A stretch of 64,000 nt of DNA from an uncultured Planctomycetota bacterium (GTDB lineage: Bacteria > Planctomycetota > Planctomycetia > Pirellulales > Lacipirellulaceae). Where the stretch lies: assembly GCA_963719315.1 (NCBI GenBank), contig CAVRBU010000002.1, positions 832,001-896,000 on the forward strand. The letters are read 5' to 3'. The notes under the pieces were generated by a model. The model had not been told where the DNA came from, made no database searches, and saw only the letters and a list, made by a program, of their open reading frames with translations. Positions within the stretch are counted from its first letter, which is position 1, and every line of letters starts with the position of its first letter. Shown piece after piece: positions 62,785 through 64,000 of this stretch. A program made the translations under genes and the position numbers.

Positions 62785-64000
62785 TTAACCGGCGACGTGC
62801 ATCACAGTGGACGCCTTGATCGACTCGCCGACTTCGATCGCAGTCGGCGCGGCTTTGCAGTTGGCGGCAGCGCCGGTAGCCAGAAACGACTTCAGGTACT
62901 CGACGGCTTGGTCAACCACATCGGCCTGCACGAGCAGCAACTCGCCTGGCCGAATCAGCCGCAGGGCTGCATCGGCAGCACTGGTCCAGGTCGGGAAGGC
63001 CTGCATCTCCTTGGTCCGCCGCGCTCCCGCCAAACCGGCCCGCAGCAAACCAATGATCTCGCCCTGCTGCCGGCCGCGGAGGTAATGGTCTTCATACAAA
63101 AGGAGTCGATCAAACGCGCCGCCCAAAAGTTCGCCCTGGCGGATGATGTCGCAATCGCGACGGTCGCCGGCTACCGAGTAAACGGCGGTTCGCATCTTCT
63201 GAGGAAATGAATCGATGGCCGCGAGGATGGCCGCCAGCGAGGACGGGTTGTGGCCGTAGTCCACGATAACGGTCGCGCCTGCGATATCAAACACGTTGAA
63301 CCGCGCGGGGACCTTATCCATCTGAGCCGAGAACGATTCCAGCCCCAGCCGAATTTGCTCGGCCGGCAGGCCCAACGCCCAGCAAGCGGCGGTGGCCGCC
63401 AGCACGTTCTCGACCTGGAACCCGATGCGACCGCCGTAGGTCAGCGGAATGCGGTCGAGCGACAAGAGCGTGAATTCGTATTCGCCTTCCGCGAGTGCGA
63501 TCGCATGATCGCGCACGAATGCAACCCGCGCGTTCGCTTCACGGCGTTGGACAATCAGCGGCTGGCTGCCGCTCTTGGCGAAGAACACCGTGGTGCCGGG
63601 GCAGTACTTTGCCATCTCGGCCACGAGCGGATCTTCGGCATTGAGCACGGCCGCCCCCGTCGGCGCCAGCGCTTCGACAATCGAACGCTTTACCTTTGCC
63701 AGATTTTCGATCGTCTGAATATCTTCCAACCCTAAGTGATCGCCTTCGCCGATGTTCGTGACGACCGCAATATCACACCGGTCGAAGCCCAGGCCTTCGC
63801 GCAGGATACCGCCGCGAGCCGTTTCGAACACGGCCGCGTCCACAAGCGGATTCATCAGCACGGCGCGAGCACTTTGCGGACCACTGCAATCGCCTTCGTC
63901 GATCCGATCGCCCGCGATGTAGATGCCGTCGGTGCAGGTCATACCTACGCGATTTCCGGTCGAGCCGACGATATGTGCGATGAGCCGCGTGGTTGTCGTT
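62785..64000 (-). CDS. cphA: Cyanophycin synthetase, C-terminal Mur-ligase-like part (runs off the window)
   Basis: GDCSGPQSA, ETARGGILREGLGFDRCD, VVTNIGEGDHLG, DYGHN, GDRRD, YEDHYLRGR. Confidence 0.92.
   Translation of the reverse strand, partial: TTTTRLIAHIVGSTGNRVGMTCTDGIYIAGDRIDEGDCSGPQSARAVLMNPLVDAAVFETARGGILREGLGFDRCDIAVVTNIGEGDHLGLEDIQTIENLAKVKRSIVEALAPTGAAVLNAEDPLVAEMAKYCPGTTVFFAKSGSQPLIVQRREANARVAFVRDHAIALAEGEYEFTLLSLDRIPLTYGGRIGFQVENVLAATAACWALGLPAEQIRLGLESFSAQMDKVPARFNVFDIAGATVIVDYGHNPSSLAAILAAIDSFPQKMRTAVYSVAGDRRDCDIIRQGELLGGAFDRLLLYEDHYLRGRQQGEIIGLLRAGLAGARRTKEMQAFPTWTSAADAALRLIRPGELLLVQADVVDQAVEYLKSFLATGAAANCKAAPTAIEVGESIKASTVMHVAG

Noticed and set aside
61919..62785. N-terminal 290 aa of the 717-aa PPIase ORF
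   Set aside because: Antisense to rsmD; a plausible start with signal peptide is at 61918

Overview
A GC-rich chromosomal segment, about 60% GC by eye, from a Planctomycetota bacterium, probably Pirellulales/Lacipirellulaceae-like. The taxonomic hints are DUF1559 prepilin-like proteins, a DUF1501 + PSD1 pair, dockerin-like/PEP-CTERM proteins, an ECF sigma-FecR pair and a PT-HINT protein. I see no rRNA, tRNA, CRISPR array or transposase. From left to right the window holds: (i) a peptide/amide-scavenging cluster (isoaspartyl dipeptidase, sugar-phosphate isomerase, truncated serine hydrolase, D-aminoacylase/beta-lactamase fusion); (ii) a PUL-like locus in which three LamG PEP-CTERM genes are divergent from ECF sigma-FecR-DUF1559-lipoprotein-Tat enzyme-APC permease, with two matching divergent ECF-type promoter motifs between them; (iii) DUF1501/PSD1; (iv) a mosaic ligA whose 3' half and a coupled TerB-like/BRCT gene are low-GC, with the apparent original host BRCT left fused to the second gene; (v) uvrA, ThiF, an S/T kinase, glcDEF, a ferritin-like gene, an RpoD-type sigma, an enoyl-CoA hydratase, a DUF190-ClpN fusion, a HINT protein, LysR-gltBD, dedA, DUF1559 + DUF4198/Kelch, a cyclophilin, rsmD and a partial cphA. 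Several REP/MITE-like families occur, some inside coding sequence. About ten frameshifts are present; many can be repaired by one GC dinucleotide and are most likely long-read consensus errors. All domain calls come from motif recognition by eye, not database searches.
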